A DNA stretch of 46,035 nt from Thermotogaceae bacterium. GTDB taxonomy: Bacteria > Thermotogota > Thermotogae > MWEM01. The notes under the pieces were generated by a model. The model worked only from the letters and a program-made list of their open reading frames with translations, had not been told where the DNA came from and ran no database searches. The translations under genes and the position numbers were made by a program. Every line of letters begins with the position of its first letter. Position 1 is the stretch's first letter. The stretch lies in NCBI GenBank assembly GCA_012744415.1, contig JAAYCF010000065.1, positions 1 to 46,035 of the forward strand. The letters run 5' to 3'. Shown piece by piece: positions 1 through 9,098 of this stretch.

Positions 1-666
1 ACCGCGGGGAAGTTTATTAAAGAACTGATTCCCAGCCATCACCGGATCGGAATCGGATGGGGAAAGACCGTTTATCAGACTGTCCTCGCGATTTGCGCCG
101 AACGTTCCGGCGAAAAACCTAAGCCTACCGTCAAAAGGGAGCTTACCTTTTTTCCGCTCATCGGAGGTTTGGGACAATCGCTTCCCTACTACCAAGTAAA
201 TGCCATGATCGATCGTCTTGCCGAGCACTTTCACGCGAAAAGCCGGTTTTTAAATATCCCGGCGCTATCGCAGAAAGAACAGGTTCTTCCCGTTCAGATG
301 CGCGAGAATTACGAGTCCATTCGTAAGATCTGGGAGACCATCGATCTCGCCATTATCGGTCTTGGGGGCCCGATACAAAACTCAGAGATCATCAAATCGG
401 AAATCGATCGGGAAATCCTTTTTCAACTACTGCAACAACGGGCTATCGGAGACATCTTAGGACGATTTTTCGATGCGAAAGGCGAAGCATGCCAATCCGG
501 GTTGGAATCCCAGCTTCTCGGCTTGGATCTGGAATTGTTGCGAAAAATCAAGAATATCGTTTGCGTATGCGGAGGAAATAACAAAGCGCAGGCTATTCAA
601 GTTGCGCTTGAAAACCGGTTTTTTAATCACCTGATCACCGATCAACAGACGGCAAGCATTTTATAA
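1..666 (+). CDS. SorC/DeoR-family sugar-sensing transcriptional regulator, C-terminal effector domain (5' end outside window)
   Basis: Frame 1 is open from base 1 (TAGKFIKELIPSHHRIGIGWGKTVYQ...FPLIGGLGQS) and runs into the listed 169..666 ORF. 'GIGWGKT', 'PLIGG' and C-terminal 'VCVCGGNNKAQAIQVAL' fit the sugar-phosphate-binding domain pattern of SorC/CggR-type regulators. The HTH must lie upstream of the window. Confidence 0.6.
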   Translation, partial: TAGKFIKELIPSHHRIGIGWGKTVYQTVLAICAERSGEKPKPTVKRELTFFPLIGGLGQSLPYYQVNAMIDRLAEHFHAKSRFLNIPALSQKEQVLPVQMRENYESIRKIWETIDLAIIGLGGPIQNSEIIKSEIDREILFQLLQQRAIGDILGRFFDAKGEACQSGLESQLLGLDLELLRKIKNIVCVCGGNNKAQAIQVALENRFFNHLITDQQTASIL

Positions 667-672
667 AGCGAG

Positions 673-1677
673 GTGGTTATGTTGAAAGCCTTGATTTATT
701 CGGGCCCGGGAAAACTAAGCATTCAAGAGGTTTCAGATGCGCAAGGAAAGACGGTCGTCGATGTCTGCTACGCCGGAATTTGCGGGACAGATGTCAAAAC
801 TTTTCTCAAAGGCCATCCTTTGTTTCAACCTCCGACCGTATTGGGGCACGAGTGCATCGCCCGCATCGTGCGGACCGACGCGATCGACTCGGACCTCGCC
901 GAAGGGTTGTTGGTGGCGATGGCTCCCTACGCGGAGTGCGGTATTTGCGAAAATTGCCTGAAAGGCTTTCCCGAACTCTGCCAGAATAAGTCTTTCGCTT
1001 CCTCCGGCAGTTTCTGCGAGTCTTTGGGAATGGAAACCGACTACGCGGAAAGAGCGCTTTTCCCAATACCCGAAGCGCAACCGGTTTACACGCTGATGGA
1101 ACCGCTGGCGTGCGTTTTCAACGGGCTGGATAAGATCCGGCTCTTGCGAAACCTTGAATCGGTGAAAACCCAGATCAAAACGCTCATCGTTGGCGGCGGG
1201 CCGATGGGGGCTCTCTTTGCCACCTGGTTTCGAGCCCAGAATATCCCCTACGCTATCCTCGAAAACAATCCCTGGCGCTGGGATTACCTGTCTTCCAGAG
1301 GCTATCTCTTAACCACGGAAATAACACCCCATACTTACGACGTGATTATCGTCGCCGCAAATACGCCCGAACTCTCCCAAACCGCCTTAGATCAGGTGAA
1401 AGATGGTGGAGACCTAATGCTTTTCGCCGGATTCCCTTCCGCCACGCGGTTAACATTGAACCCGTTTTCGATCCACTATCGGGAAGTTTCGGTGACCGGC
1501 AGTTTTGGATACGGACTCGCCCATTTCCGTAAAGCTTACTGGGAGATTCTTCGAAACCCGGCGCTTTATGGAGAACTGGTCTCTCATCTCTTTCCCCTGG
1601 AAGACTATACGGAGGCCTTTCAGAAAGCAATAGCGGGAGAAGCGATGAAAGTAGTCTTTCGGGTGAATCATACATGA
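673..1677 (+). CDS. Zn-dependent medium-chain dehydrogenase/reductase (polyol/sorbitol-dehydrogenase-like)
   Basis: Catalytic-Zn motifs 'CYAGICGTDVKTF' and 'LGHE', structural-Zn Cys cluster 'CGICENCLKGFPELC', Rossmann 'LIVGGGPMG'. Start is GTG 673 or ATG 679. ATGA overlap with the next gene. Confidence 0.8.
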   Translation: MVMLKALIYSGPGKLSIQEVSDAQGKTVVDVCYAGICGTDVKTFLKGHPLFQPPTVLGHECIARIVRTDAIDSDLAEGLLVAMAPYAECGICENCLKGFPELCQNKSFASSGSFCESLGMETDYAERALFPIPEAQPVYTLMEPLACVFNGLDKIRLLRNLESVKTQIKTLIVGGGPMGALFATWFRAQNIPYAILENNPWRWDYLSSRGYLLTTEITPHTYDVIIVAANTPELSQTALDQVKDGGDLMLFAGFPSATRLTLNPFSIHYREVSVTGSFGYGLAHFRKAYWEILRNPALYGELVSHLFPLEDYTEAFQKAIAGEAMKVVFRVNHT

Positions 1678-2576
1678 AGGTGCGATTTCGAGGACAACGG
1701 TTCTATCTTCGCGAAATTGGCGTTGCATGGCTCTGTTTAGCTCCGGCGTTAGGATTGGCGGTCGTTTTCGTTTTCATCCCCCTGGTCCAGGTGTTCTTTC
1801 TCAGTTTTACGAATTGGGATCTGCTTCGCGCGACAAAAAACTGGATCGGTATAAAAAATTACGAATACATCTTTAAAGATCCCAAATTCCTCCAATCGAT
1901 CTGGAACACGCTCTATTTCGCCGGCGTGAAAATCCCTTTGGATTTGGTGCTATCCTTGTTTATCGCCGTGATGCTGGATCGGAAAATAAAAGGGCTGCGA
2001 TTCTACCGCGCTTCCTACTTCGCCCCGGTCGTCATACCTGTCGTGGCCGCTTCGCTGATCTGGGTATGGTTGTTCGATCCCGGACTCGGCCCATTCAACC
2101 AGATTCTGGGCTTGTTCGGCATCAGCCCGATCCGATGGCTTCACGATCCCGCTTCTTCGATGCTTTCGATCATTCTCTTCTCCCTTTGGAAAGGATTGGG
2201 ATATGATATCGTGATTTTCCTCGCGGGTTTGCAGGGTATTCCTCCTACCTATTCCGAAGCGGCAAGCATCGACGGCGCAGGCCAATGGAAGATTTTTTTC
2301 AAGATCACCTTGCCGCTTTTGTCACCGGTGATATTTTTCGTCATTTTAATGGGGATTATCAATTCCTTTAAGATATTTACGGAGATTTCGGTAATGACGC
2401 CGAAGGGAGGGCCGCTTTACTCCACCGGCGTGATCGTCTTCTACATCTATCAGCAGGCTTTTGAGAACTACCGGATCGGAAGAGCGGCGGCCGCCTCGGT
2501 GATTTTGTTCCTCATGATCCTTGCGATTACGACGGTCCAAAGAAAACTCGGCAGAAAGTTCGTCGACTATGAGTAG
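1674..2576 (+). CDS. ABC sugar-type (CUT1) transporter permease, MalF/UgpA-like
   Basis: Multi-TM protein with EAA loop 'YSEAASIDGAGQWKIFFKITLPLL'. Start overlaps the dehydrogenase stop (ATGA). Confidence 0.85.
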   Translation: MKVRFRGQRFYLREIGVAWLCLAPALGLAVVFVFIPLVQVFFLSFTNWDLLRATKNWIGIKNYEYIFKDPKFLQSIWNTLYFAGVKIPLDLVLSLFIAVMLDRKIKGLRFYRASYFAPVVIPVVAASLIWVWLFDPGLGPFNQILGLFGISPIRWLHDPASSMLSIILFSLWKGLGYDIVIFLAGLQGIPPTYSEAASIDGAGQWKIFFKITLPLLSPVIFFVILMGIINSFKIFTEISVMTPKGGPLYSTGVIVFYIYQQAFENYRIGRAAAASVILFLMILAITTVQRKLGRKFVDYE

Positions 2577-2583
2577 GTGAGCC

Positions 2584-3396
2584 ATGAGAAAACATTGGTG
2601 GGTTTACGCGATCCTTTCGATCGGTCTCATCGCGATGCTGTTCCCGTTTCTCTGGATGGTCTTGTCCGCGTTTAAAACGAACGCAGACGTTTATGTTTAT
2701 CCGCCGAAATGGTTCCCGTCGCAGTGGAATTTCGATAATTTTAAACGTGTCTTCGAAATGGTCCCTTTCGCGCTCTATTACTTCAACAGCTTATTGGTCA
2801 CGGTTCTCGTAACCTATGGGCAGCTCATCGTCTCTATTCTGGCCGCTTTTGCCCTATCCCGGCTGAACTTTCCCTTTAAAAACACGATCTTCATTATCGT
2901 GGTTTCGACGATGCTGATGCCGTTCGTCGTCACGATGATCCCGGTTTTCTTGATTGTTAGCAGCTTCAAGTGGATCGATACCTATCAGGGTTTGGTCATT
3001 CCGGCCTTATTCAGCGGTTTTTCAATCATTTTCCTCAGACAGTTCTTCATCTCGATCCCGCAGGATTTACAAGACGCGGCGATGATTGACGGATGTGGGT
3101 TTTTCCGGATCCTCTTCCAGGTCATTCTCCCGAACGCGAAGCCCGCGATTGCGACAATTACGTTGTTCAACTTTTTAGGCGAGTGGCGCAACTATCTGTG
3201 GCCGCTCATCGTCACAAATACCACGAAGATGCGGACCTTGCCGGTGGGGCTGCGTTATCTCATGACGGAGGGGGGCGGGGAATACCATCTGATGATGGCC
3301 GCTTCGTTGATGGCCATTCTCCCGGTATTGTTGGTTTATATCTTCTCGGAAAAGCAATTCATCAAATCCGTGACCTTTACGGGTTTGAAAACATAA
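2584..3396 (+). CDS. ABC sugar-type (CUT1) transporter permease, MalG/UgpE-like
   Basis: EAA loop 'LQDAAMIDGCGFFRILFQVILPNAKPA'. Six-TM layout. 7-nt gap from the preceding permease. Confidence 0.85.
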   Translation: MRKHWWVYAILSIGLIAMLFPFLWMVLSAFKTNADVYVYPPKWFPSQWNFDNFKRVFEMVPFALYYFNSLLVTVLVTYGQLIVSILAAFALSRLNFPFKNTIFIIVVSTMLMPFVVTMIPVFLIVSSFKWIDTYQGLVIPALFSGFSIIFLRQFFISIPQDLQDAAMIDGCGFFRILFQVILPNAKPAIATITLFNFLGEWRNYLWPLIVTNTTKMRTLPVGLRYLMTEGGGEYHLMMAASLMAILPVLLVYIFSEKQFIKSVTFTGLKT

Positions 3397-3408
3397 GGAG
3401 GGTTACGT

Positions 3409-4665
3409 ATGAGGAAATTAATGCTTATTTTAATGGTCCTTCTCGTATTCTGCACCTTAGGTCTCTCAAAAACGAAAATCACCTTTTGGTACGCCATCAG
3501 CGGCACGAGCGGTGAAGCGCTTAAGACGCTGATTGACCGCTTCCAAACCGAAAACCCGACCATCGAAGTGGAAGCCGTCTACTCCGGCAAGTACGCTGAC
3601 ACGGCCCAGAAGATAACGGCCGCTCTGGCTGCCAACGCGCTCCCAAATGGCGGGGTTATTCCTGCCGGGCCGATTTTTACGGGGCCGCGTGGTAACTATG
3701 CTATTCTCGACTATATGTTGAAAGATCCGACCTTTGACATGTCCGATTTTTATGACGGGATGTGGGATTACGCCAAGTATAAAGGAAAAATATGCGCGGT
3801 TCCATACAACATCAGCACTCCCGTTCTTTACTACAATAAAGAATTGATGGAAAAAGCGGGACTCGATCCCACGAAACCGCCTTCTACCTGGGAAGAACTT
3901 CTCGACTACGCTAAAAAAATCACCCAAGACACCAACGGAGACGGCACCCCTGACGTCTGGGGACTCAATATGGCCGATACCGCCTGGATTTTCAAATCTT
4001 TCCTCTTGCAGAATGAGAACGATATCGTCAAAGCGATCCCCAAGAATGAAGACTACGACATCGTCCCGCTCTTCGACCAAGCTTCTGCCTTAGAAACGGC
4101 GGAATACTGGAAAACGCTGATCGACGAGAACGCGATGCCCGTGGGTCTGCACTCCCTGGCGGAAAAGCAATTTCTTGGCAATACGCTCGGGTTCTATCTC
4201 GGTACCTCTTCCCGAATCGGAACGTGGACGGGCAATACGGCTTTCGATTTCGGTGTAGGGTTCCTGCCGAAAGGCAAACGGCTTGGGATTCCGATCGGCG
4301 GAGCCGTTCTCGTTCTCTTCCCCGCTTCGAAAGACCAGATGGACGCGACCTATCAATTGATCAAGTGGCTTACCCAACCCGACAAAATCGCGGAATTCGC
4401 CATGAAAACCGGATACATTCCGATCCGTAAATCTTCGTTGGACCTTCCGGAAATGAAAGCCTTTTTTGAAACGAAACCTTTCTATAAAACCGCTTTTGAA
4501 CAATCTGAATACGCTTTTTCCTACTGGCACTTCGATGCGATGGGAACCATGGACTCCTTGATCGTGGAAGTGTTGGAAAAGATTGAACGGGGCGTCTCAA
4601 CTACCAAAGAAGGCATGAAATGGCTCCAAGAGACGACCGTTGAAGAGATCGAAGCGAGTATGTAG
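3409..4665 (+). CDS. ABC transporter extracellular solute-binding protein (family 1, carbohydrate-type)
   Basis: Signal-like N-terminus 'MRKLMLILMVLLVFCTLG' and family-1 SBP blocks ('KITFWYA', 'YYNKELMEKAGLDPTKPPSTWEELL'). RBS AAGGAGGG lies 6 nt upstream of the ATG. Confidence 0.85.
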   Translation: MRKLMLILMVLLVFCTLGLSKTKITFWYAISGTSGEALKTLIDRFQTENPTIEVEAVYSGKYADTAQKITAALAANALPNGGVIPAGPIFTGPRGNYAILDYMLKDPTFDMSDFYDGMWDYAKYKGKICAVPYNISTPVLYYNKELMEKAGLDPTKPPSTWEELLDYAKKITQDTNGDGTPDVWGLNMADTAWIFKSFLLQNENDIVKAIPKNEDYDIVPLFDQASALETAEYWKTLIDENAMPVGLHSLAEKQFLGNTLGFYLGTSSRIGTWTGNTAFDFGVGFLPKGKRLGIPIGGAVLVLFPASKDQMDATYQLIKWLTQPDKIAEFAMKTGYIPIRKSSLDLPEMKAFFETKPFYKTAFEQSEYAFSYWHFDAMGTMDSLIVEVLEKIERGVSTTKEGMKWLQETTVEEIEASM

Positions 4666-4668
4666 CCG

Positions 4669-5463
4669 ATGCGGATCTCCTTCTCGACGGCCGGGCTGTA
4701 TCCCATCGAATCGATCGAGGCCCTGAAACTGGTTTCGCAGAGCGGTTTTTCTGAAGCGGAACTGATGCCTCAGTGCTATCATGAGATCACCGAATCTTTC
4801 GCCATCAAGGCTCGAAAAAACCTAAAAGAGATGGGGACGCCTTTACGTGTTTCCTCAATCCACTTTCCGTTGGTTTTTTTCTCCACCTTCTACAATATGT
4901 ACCCTGGTATGAGGAAAGAGGCCGAGCGTCTTTCCGAAAAAGTGGCGACTTGCGCTTCCATTTTCGGGACGGAAGTCATTGTCGTCCATGCGCCGGACAA
5001 ACCCAAACCGGGAGACTTGTCGGAGTACAGCGAAACGGTTATCCATAACATCCGTTACCTCTGCTGGGTCTGTGAGGAGATGGGGATCACTGTCGCTTTG
5101 GAGAATAACCCCAAAACGATCGCTGATACCCCCCCGCACTGGCGTGAAGCCGCGGCCTTGATCGATTGTCCAAACCTAAAACCGATGCTCGACACAACCG
5201 AAGCCTCAGAGGCCGGCATACAACCGATCGCGTTTGTAGATGAGGCGCCGTGCGCGCACTACCATCTGAGCGATCATTCGGGAGTTGTCAAACATCTTTT
5301 ACCGGGAGAAGGAGACCAGGATTGGCCTTTGTTCTTCGAAAAGAACGCGAAGAACGGTTACCGGGGCATCTATGTGGCGGAACCTTCTTATCGATTCGTG
5401 AGTGGGAATCCGATCGAAAACCTGGCAAAAGTCAGACGGTTTTTCGATCCGTATTTGTACTGA
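4669..5463 (+). CDS. Sugar-phosphate isomerase/epimerase, xylose-isomerase-like TIM barrel
   Basis: 'VIVVHAP', 'VALENNP' and 'HYHLSDH' are spaced as in AP-endonuclease-2/xylose-isomerase-like TIM barrels. 3-nt gap after the SBP gene. Confidence 0.65.
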   Translation: MRISFSTAGLYPIESIEALKLVSQSGFSEAELMPQCYHEITESFAIKARKNLKEMGTPLRVSSIHFPLVFFSTFYNMYPGMRKEAERLSEKVATCASIFGTEVIVVHAPDKPKPGDLSEYSETVIHNIRYLCWVCEEMGITVALENNPKTIADTPPHWREAAALIDCPNLKPMLDTTEASEAGIQPIAFVDEAPCAHYHLSDHSGVVKHLLPGEGDQDWPLFFEKNAKNGYRGIYVAEPSYRFVSGNPIENLAKVRRFFDPYLY

Positions 5464-5471
5464 GGAAGCCT

Positions 5472-6458
5472 ATGAAGGTTGGGCTTTTAGCCAATCAAGG
5501 CGCCGGCAGATACCGGCTCGTACCCGAAGCCGTTCGACGCTACCGAGAGGCCTTTCCGGAGCATGCGCTATATGCTCCGGAAGGGCGTTTTTCTCCCGGC
5601 GCGCTGGTCGGAGTCTCTTCTATCATATCCGGGGCATCAAATTCGAAAAGTTATCTGGAAGCGTTGTCAGATGCCGTTTCTTTGCTCGTTCAGGAGCGTT
5701 GCGACCGTCTCGTCGCCTTCGGCGGGGACGGGTTCTTTACCAATATTTGCGCCGCACTCATCGCCGAAGCGAGACCGATTCCCTTCATGGGTATCGGGAC
5801 AGGGACGGCCAACGTGGGTGTCCTCACCCAGTTTTCTCCGGAAGACCTCACGAGCGGACTTCCGATCGATCAAACCGATCAAATCTCTCCCTTGGCAATC
5901 TACAGAGACGGTCAGGCAATCGGATACGCCTTTCACGATATCGTCATCGGCGATACCTTTTTAGGGACATTTGACGGGGCAACACGCAATTTAAGCGCCG
6001 AAAAGTGGATGACCGACCGCGCGCTGTTGCCTGAAAAACCAAAGCCGCTTTCTTTTACCCAAGACTTTCGTATCTGCCGGTGCGCGGAACCACTCCCGTT
6101 GAAGTTATCTCCGATCGCTCAAATAATCATATCCCCGATCTATCGGGGGATCGGGTTCTCCGGAAAAGCGATCACGGGATTACTCTGTTTCAGTCCCTAT
6201 TACCCGGGTTGTTTCTGCATGGTATTGGCCGATCGCATATTGGTGGAGATGTCGTCTGCCTTTCCAGACTATGGGTGCGAGATCGAACAATACCTTTTCC
6301 AAAAAGGGGAGTCGTTGATCATGGAAGGCCTTTCGCCCGGTCACTTCATCATAGCGGACGGGAATCCTTTGTGCGAGGCGACTGGGTCCGTAAGGATCTC
6401 GCGGTCGGAAAAGCGCGTTCCGATCATCGTGAACCTCCTGCGATCACAGCGCTTCTAA
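5472..6458 (+). CDS. NAD-kinase / diacylglycerol-kinase-fold (GGDG motif) protein, substrate unknown
   Basis: ATG 5472 has GAGGAAG just upstream; the listed 5250..6458 ORF is an upstream run-on overlapping the previous gene. 'RLVAFGGDGFF' and 'GIGTGTANVGVL' resemble the GGDG and glycine-rich motifs of the NAD kinase/DAGK/AcoX fold. Confidence 0.45.
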   Translation: MKVGLLANQGAGRYRLVPEAVRRYREAFPEHALYAPEGRFSPGALVGVSSIISGASNSKSYLEALSDAVSLLVQERCDRLVAFGGDGFFTNICAALIAEARPIPFMGIGTGTANVGVLTQFSPEDLTSGLPIDQTDQISPLAIYRDGQAIGYAFHDIVIGDTFLGTFDGATRNLSAEKWMTDRALLPEKPKPLSFTQDFRICRCAEPLPLKLSPIAQIIISPIYRGIGFSGKAITGLLCFSPYYPGCFCMVLADRILVEMSSAFPDYGCEIEQYLFQKGESLIMEGLSPGHFIIADGNPLCEATGSVRISRSEKRVPIIVNLLRSQRF

Positions 6459-6482
6459 ATTTGAGAAGAAGGGGGTTAACTT

Positions 6483-7487
6483 ATGGCAAAAGAACTGTTT
6501 ATCCGCGCGCTCGAGGCTTTCGCCATCGGGGATGCCGTCGGTCTTCCCACGGAATTTATGACGCGTGACGAGATTCGCCGTGTTTATACTGAGATTGACG
6601 GATTGCCGAACCCGAAATTTTCGCGGTTCCACTCCGATCTGCCCGCGGGAAGCATATCGGATGATACGGAACAAAACCTTTTTCTCCTGGATGCTTTTCG
6701 AGAAAAAGGAATATCTACCGAAGCGACCGTCTATGCTTTGCTGAAATGGATAGAGGAGTCTCGGGCTGTCGAAAAGAAGTTTATCGGCCCGAGCTCGCTG
6801 AAGTCTTTACGAGCGATACAAAGTGGGGAATCTCCGCAAAAAGCGGGTTACGGAAACACGACGTGCGGTTCCGTGATGCGTGTTTTATCGGCTTCTTTGT
6901 GTACTCCCGCAAAGTCTTGGGACCAGCTGGCAACGCACATCTATTGGACGACTCTGCCGACGCATTTTTCGGAATCCGCGTTGGAAGCGGCGTTGGGCTT
7001 CGGGTTCGCCTTAAACGCCGCTGCAGAATCCACCTGTCTTGAAGAGATTATCTCCGCCTTTTTCGCAGGCGCCGCCAAGAGCAAGCAATACGGGGCGCCG
7101 GAATTTTCGATTCCCTCGACAGCGGCGCGCGTTCGCTTCTTTCTGGGTCACCAAAACCGGTTTTATGATCGCGATCAGATTGCCGAATATCTCTCGGATG
7201 TGCAGGGGACAGGACTTTATGCTAATGAAGTTTCACCTTCCGCTTTCATACTCTTCTTAACTTCCCCGAATGATTGCTGGGACAACATCCGATTAGCCGC
7301 CACGTTAGGCGGCGACACGGATACGATTGCGGCGCTCGCCGGCGCCCTGACCGCGCTATACAATAAAGGGCATAATATTCCCGGTCCTGTTGTGGATCGG
7401 GTTCTTTCTATCAACCGCCTCCACTTGGAGAAGTACGGGGAGATCATTTCAGCGTTACGTGCATCGAAAGCGACTTTTAGGGTATAA
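6483..7487 (+). CDS. ADP-ribosylglycohydrolase-family protein (DraG/ARH3/YegU-like)
   Basis: 'AFAIGDAVGLPTEF', 'ISDDTEQ' and 'TLGGDTDTIAALAGAL' are the metal-binding signature segments of this family. Confidence 0.8.
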   Translation: MAKELFIRALEAFAIGDAVGLPTEFMTRDEIRRVYTEIDGLPNPKFSRFHSDLPAGSISDDTEQNLFLLDAFREKGISTEATVYALLKWIEESRAVEKKFIGPSSLKSLRAIQSGESPQKAGYGNTTCGSVMRVLSASLCTPAKSWDQLATHIYWTTLPTHFSESALEAALGFGFALNAAAESTCLEEIISAFFAGAAKSKQYGAPEFSIPSTAARVRFFLGHQNRFYDRDQIAEYLSDVQGTGLYANEVSPSAFILFLTSPNDCWDNIRLAATLGGDTDTIAALAGALTALYNKGHNIPGPVVDRVLSINRLHLEKYGEIISALRASKATFRV

Positions 7488-7653
7488 TATCCGAAAGTTG
7501 GAAAGCGATGTCGAGCGGTTCGTCTTATAGAGCCGGACTGAAGTGGAATACCCGATGCTTACGGAAAGCGTCGCCTCTGTCGAGCACCGTCGCAGCTTAG
7601 CATAATGATCGTATTGAGGCGACAGATAGACTACTTTGATTGGAGCGTTCAAT

Positions 7654-9027
7654 ATGGACCCTACCGCAAGAGCCCGATTGTTAGGAGAGGGGAAGATTCT
7701 CTCTCTGATTTGGAAATTCAGCGTACCCGCCATCGTCGGGATGTTGACAAATGCGCTATACAATGTGGTGGATCGCATATTTTTAGGACGCGGCGTCGGA
7801 TCACTGGCGCTCGCGGGAATTACTGTCTGTTTTCCTATCATGACGGTCATGATGGCGCTCTCAATGCTCATCGGAGTCGGTTCCGCCACCCTTATCTCTA
7901 TCCGCTTGGGAGAAGGGAAAAAAGAGGAAGCCGAAAGGCTTATAGGTCAAGCCTTCTTTTTTGTCGTTGTCATTTTTAGTCTTTTCACGGTCATCGGACT
8001 CCTTCTGATCGATAAACTGCTCTTCCTCTTTGGCGCTACCGAAACGATTCTACCCTACGCGAAAGAGTATATGTCGGTTATCCTGCTGGGATCGACGATC
8101 TTTGCCGCAGGGATGGGCATGAATTATTGTATCCGGGCGGAAGGAAATCCGCGCGTCGCGATGGCCACGATGCTGATCGGCGGCATCCTGAACATCATCC
8201 TCGATCCGATCTTCATCTATTTATTTGGTTTGGGTATACGCGGCGCGGCGATCGCCACCGTGATCTCTCAAACCGTATCCGCGTTATGGGTGCTTAGGTA
8301 CTTCACCAGCGGAAAAAGCGTTATCACGCTGAAATGGCGAAATCTTCGGATGGACTGGACATTGGCTAAGGGAATGTTTTCAAACGGTTCGGCTTCTTTC
8401 TCGCTTCAGCTTGTCGCCAGCATGATGAACGTTATATTGAACCAAAGCTTGAAGAATTACGGCGGGGATTTGTCCATCAGCGCGATGGGGATTATCCAAA
8501 GCATCTTTACGTTTGTACTGATGCCCATATTTGGATTAAATCACGGTCTGCAGCCGATTTTTGGATATAATTACGGTGCGAAAAAGATCGATCGGGTATT
8601 TTTAACGTTAAAATACGGGTATCTCTTTGCCACCATTCTGTGCACCGCGAGTTTTTTGGCGTTGCGGTTTTTTTCGATCCCGATCATACAGGTCTTCAAC
8701 CGCAGCGATCCGGCATTGCTTGAACTGACCGTTCACGCGATCTTCTACTATTCGCTGATGATTCCGGTTATCGGCGTACAGGTCGTTTCTGTCGGTTTTT
8801 TCCAAGCCCTCGGGAAACCAAAAAGCGCGATGTTTCTGAGTCTTAGCCGACAGATCCTTTTCCTGATACCGCTACTGCTCATCCTGCCTCGCTTCTTCGG
8901 ACTAGACGGCATTTGGTATAGCGTCCCCATCTGCGATACCTTGTCCTTCGTCGTGGCTGCGTTTTTCGTAACCCGAGAGATAAGAAAACTGCGGGTTCTA
9001 ACGCACCAGCCAAAGGAGATCGGATAG
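7654..9027 (+). CDS. MATE-family efflux transporter
   Basis: 12-TM profile with MatE block 'VPAIVGMLTNALYNVVDRIFLGRGVG' and an internal duplication. ATG 7654 has GGAG 8 nt upstream; TTG 7636 is the alternative start. Confidence 0.85.
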   Translation: MDPTARARLLGEGKILSLIWKFSVPAIVGMLTNALYNVVDRIFLGRGVGSLALAGITVCFPIMTVMMALSMLIGVGSATLISIRLGEGKKEEAERLIGQAFFFVVVIFSLFTVIGLLLIDKLLFLFGATETILPYAKEYMSVILLGSTIFAAGMGMNYCIRAEGNPRVAMATMLIGGILNIILDPIFIYLFGLGIRGAAIATVISQTVSALWVLRYFTSGKSVITLKWRNLRMDWTLAKGMFSNGSASFSLQLVASMMNVILNQSLKNYGGDLSISAMGIIQSIFTFVLMPIFGLNHGLQPIFGYNYGAKKIDRVFLTLKYGYLFATILCTASFLALRFFSIPIIQVFNRSDPALLELTVHAIFYYSLMIPVIGVQVVSVGFFQALGKPKSAMFLSLSRQILFLIPLLLILPRFFGLDGIWYSVPICDTLSFVVAAFFVTREIRKLRVLTHQPKEIG

Positions 9028-9098
9028 TAAACACAAGCGAGTAAACATCCTCTTAAGCTGGTTGGCAAAGTGAGCTGTCGGGCTTGGAGCTATGCTCG

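Noticed and set aside
5250-5471. N-terminal 74-aa extension of the GGDG-motif gene as listed in the ORF track
   Set aside because: The extension overlaps the 3' end of the TIM-barrel gene in another frame and is Arg-rich. ATG 5472 has an RBS and starts directly at the conserved 'MKVGLLAN' N-terminus.
7488-7653. Known riboswitch class (fluoride crcB motif, guanidine-I ykkC, PRPP/ppGpp) upstream of the MATE gene
   Set aside because: I could not fit the conserved cores as I recall them, such as the paired GAUG-containing pseudoknot of the fluoride motif or the GGGA/ACGR elements of ykkC. The region is kept only as an unclassified structured-leader candidate.
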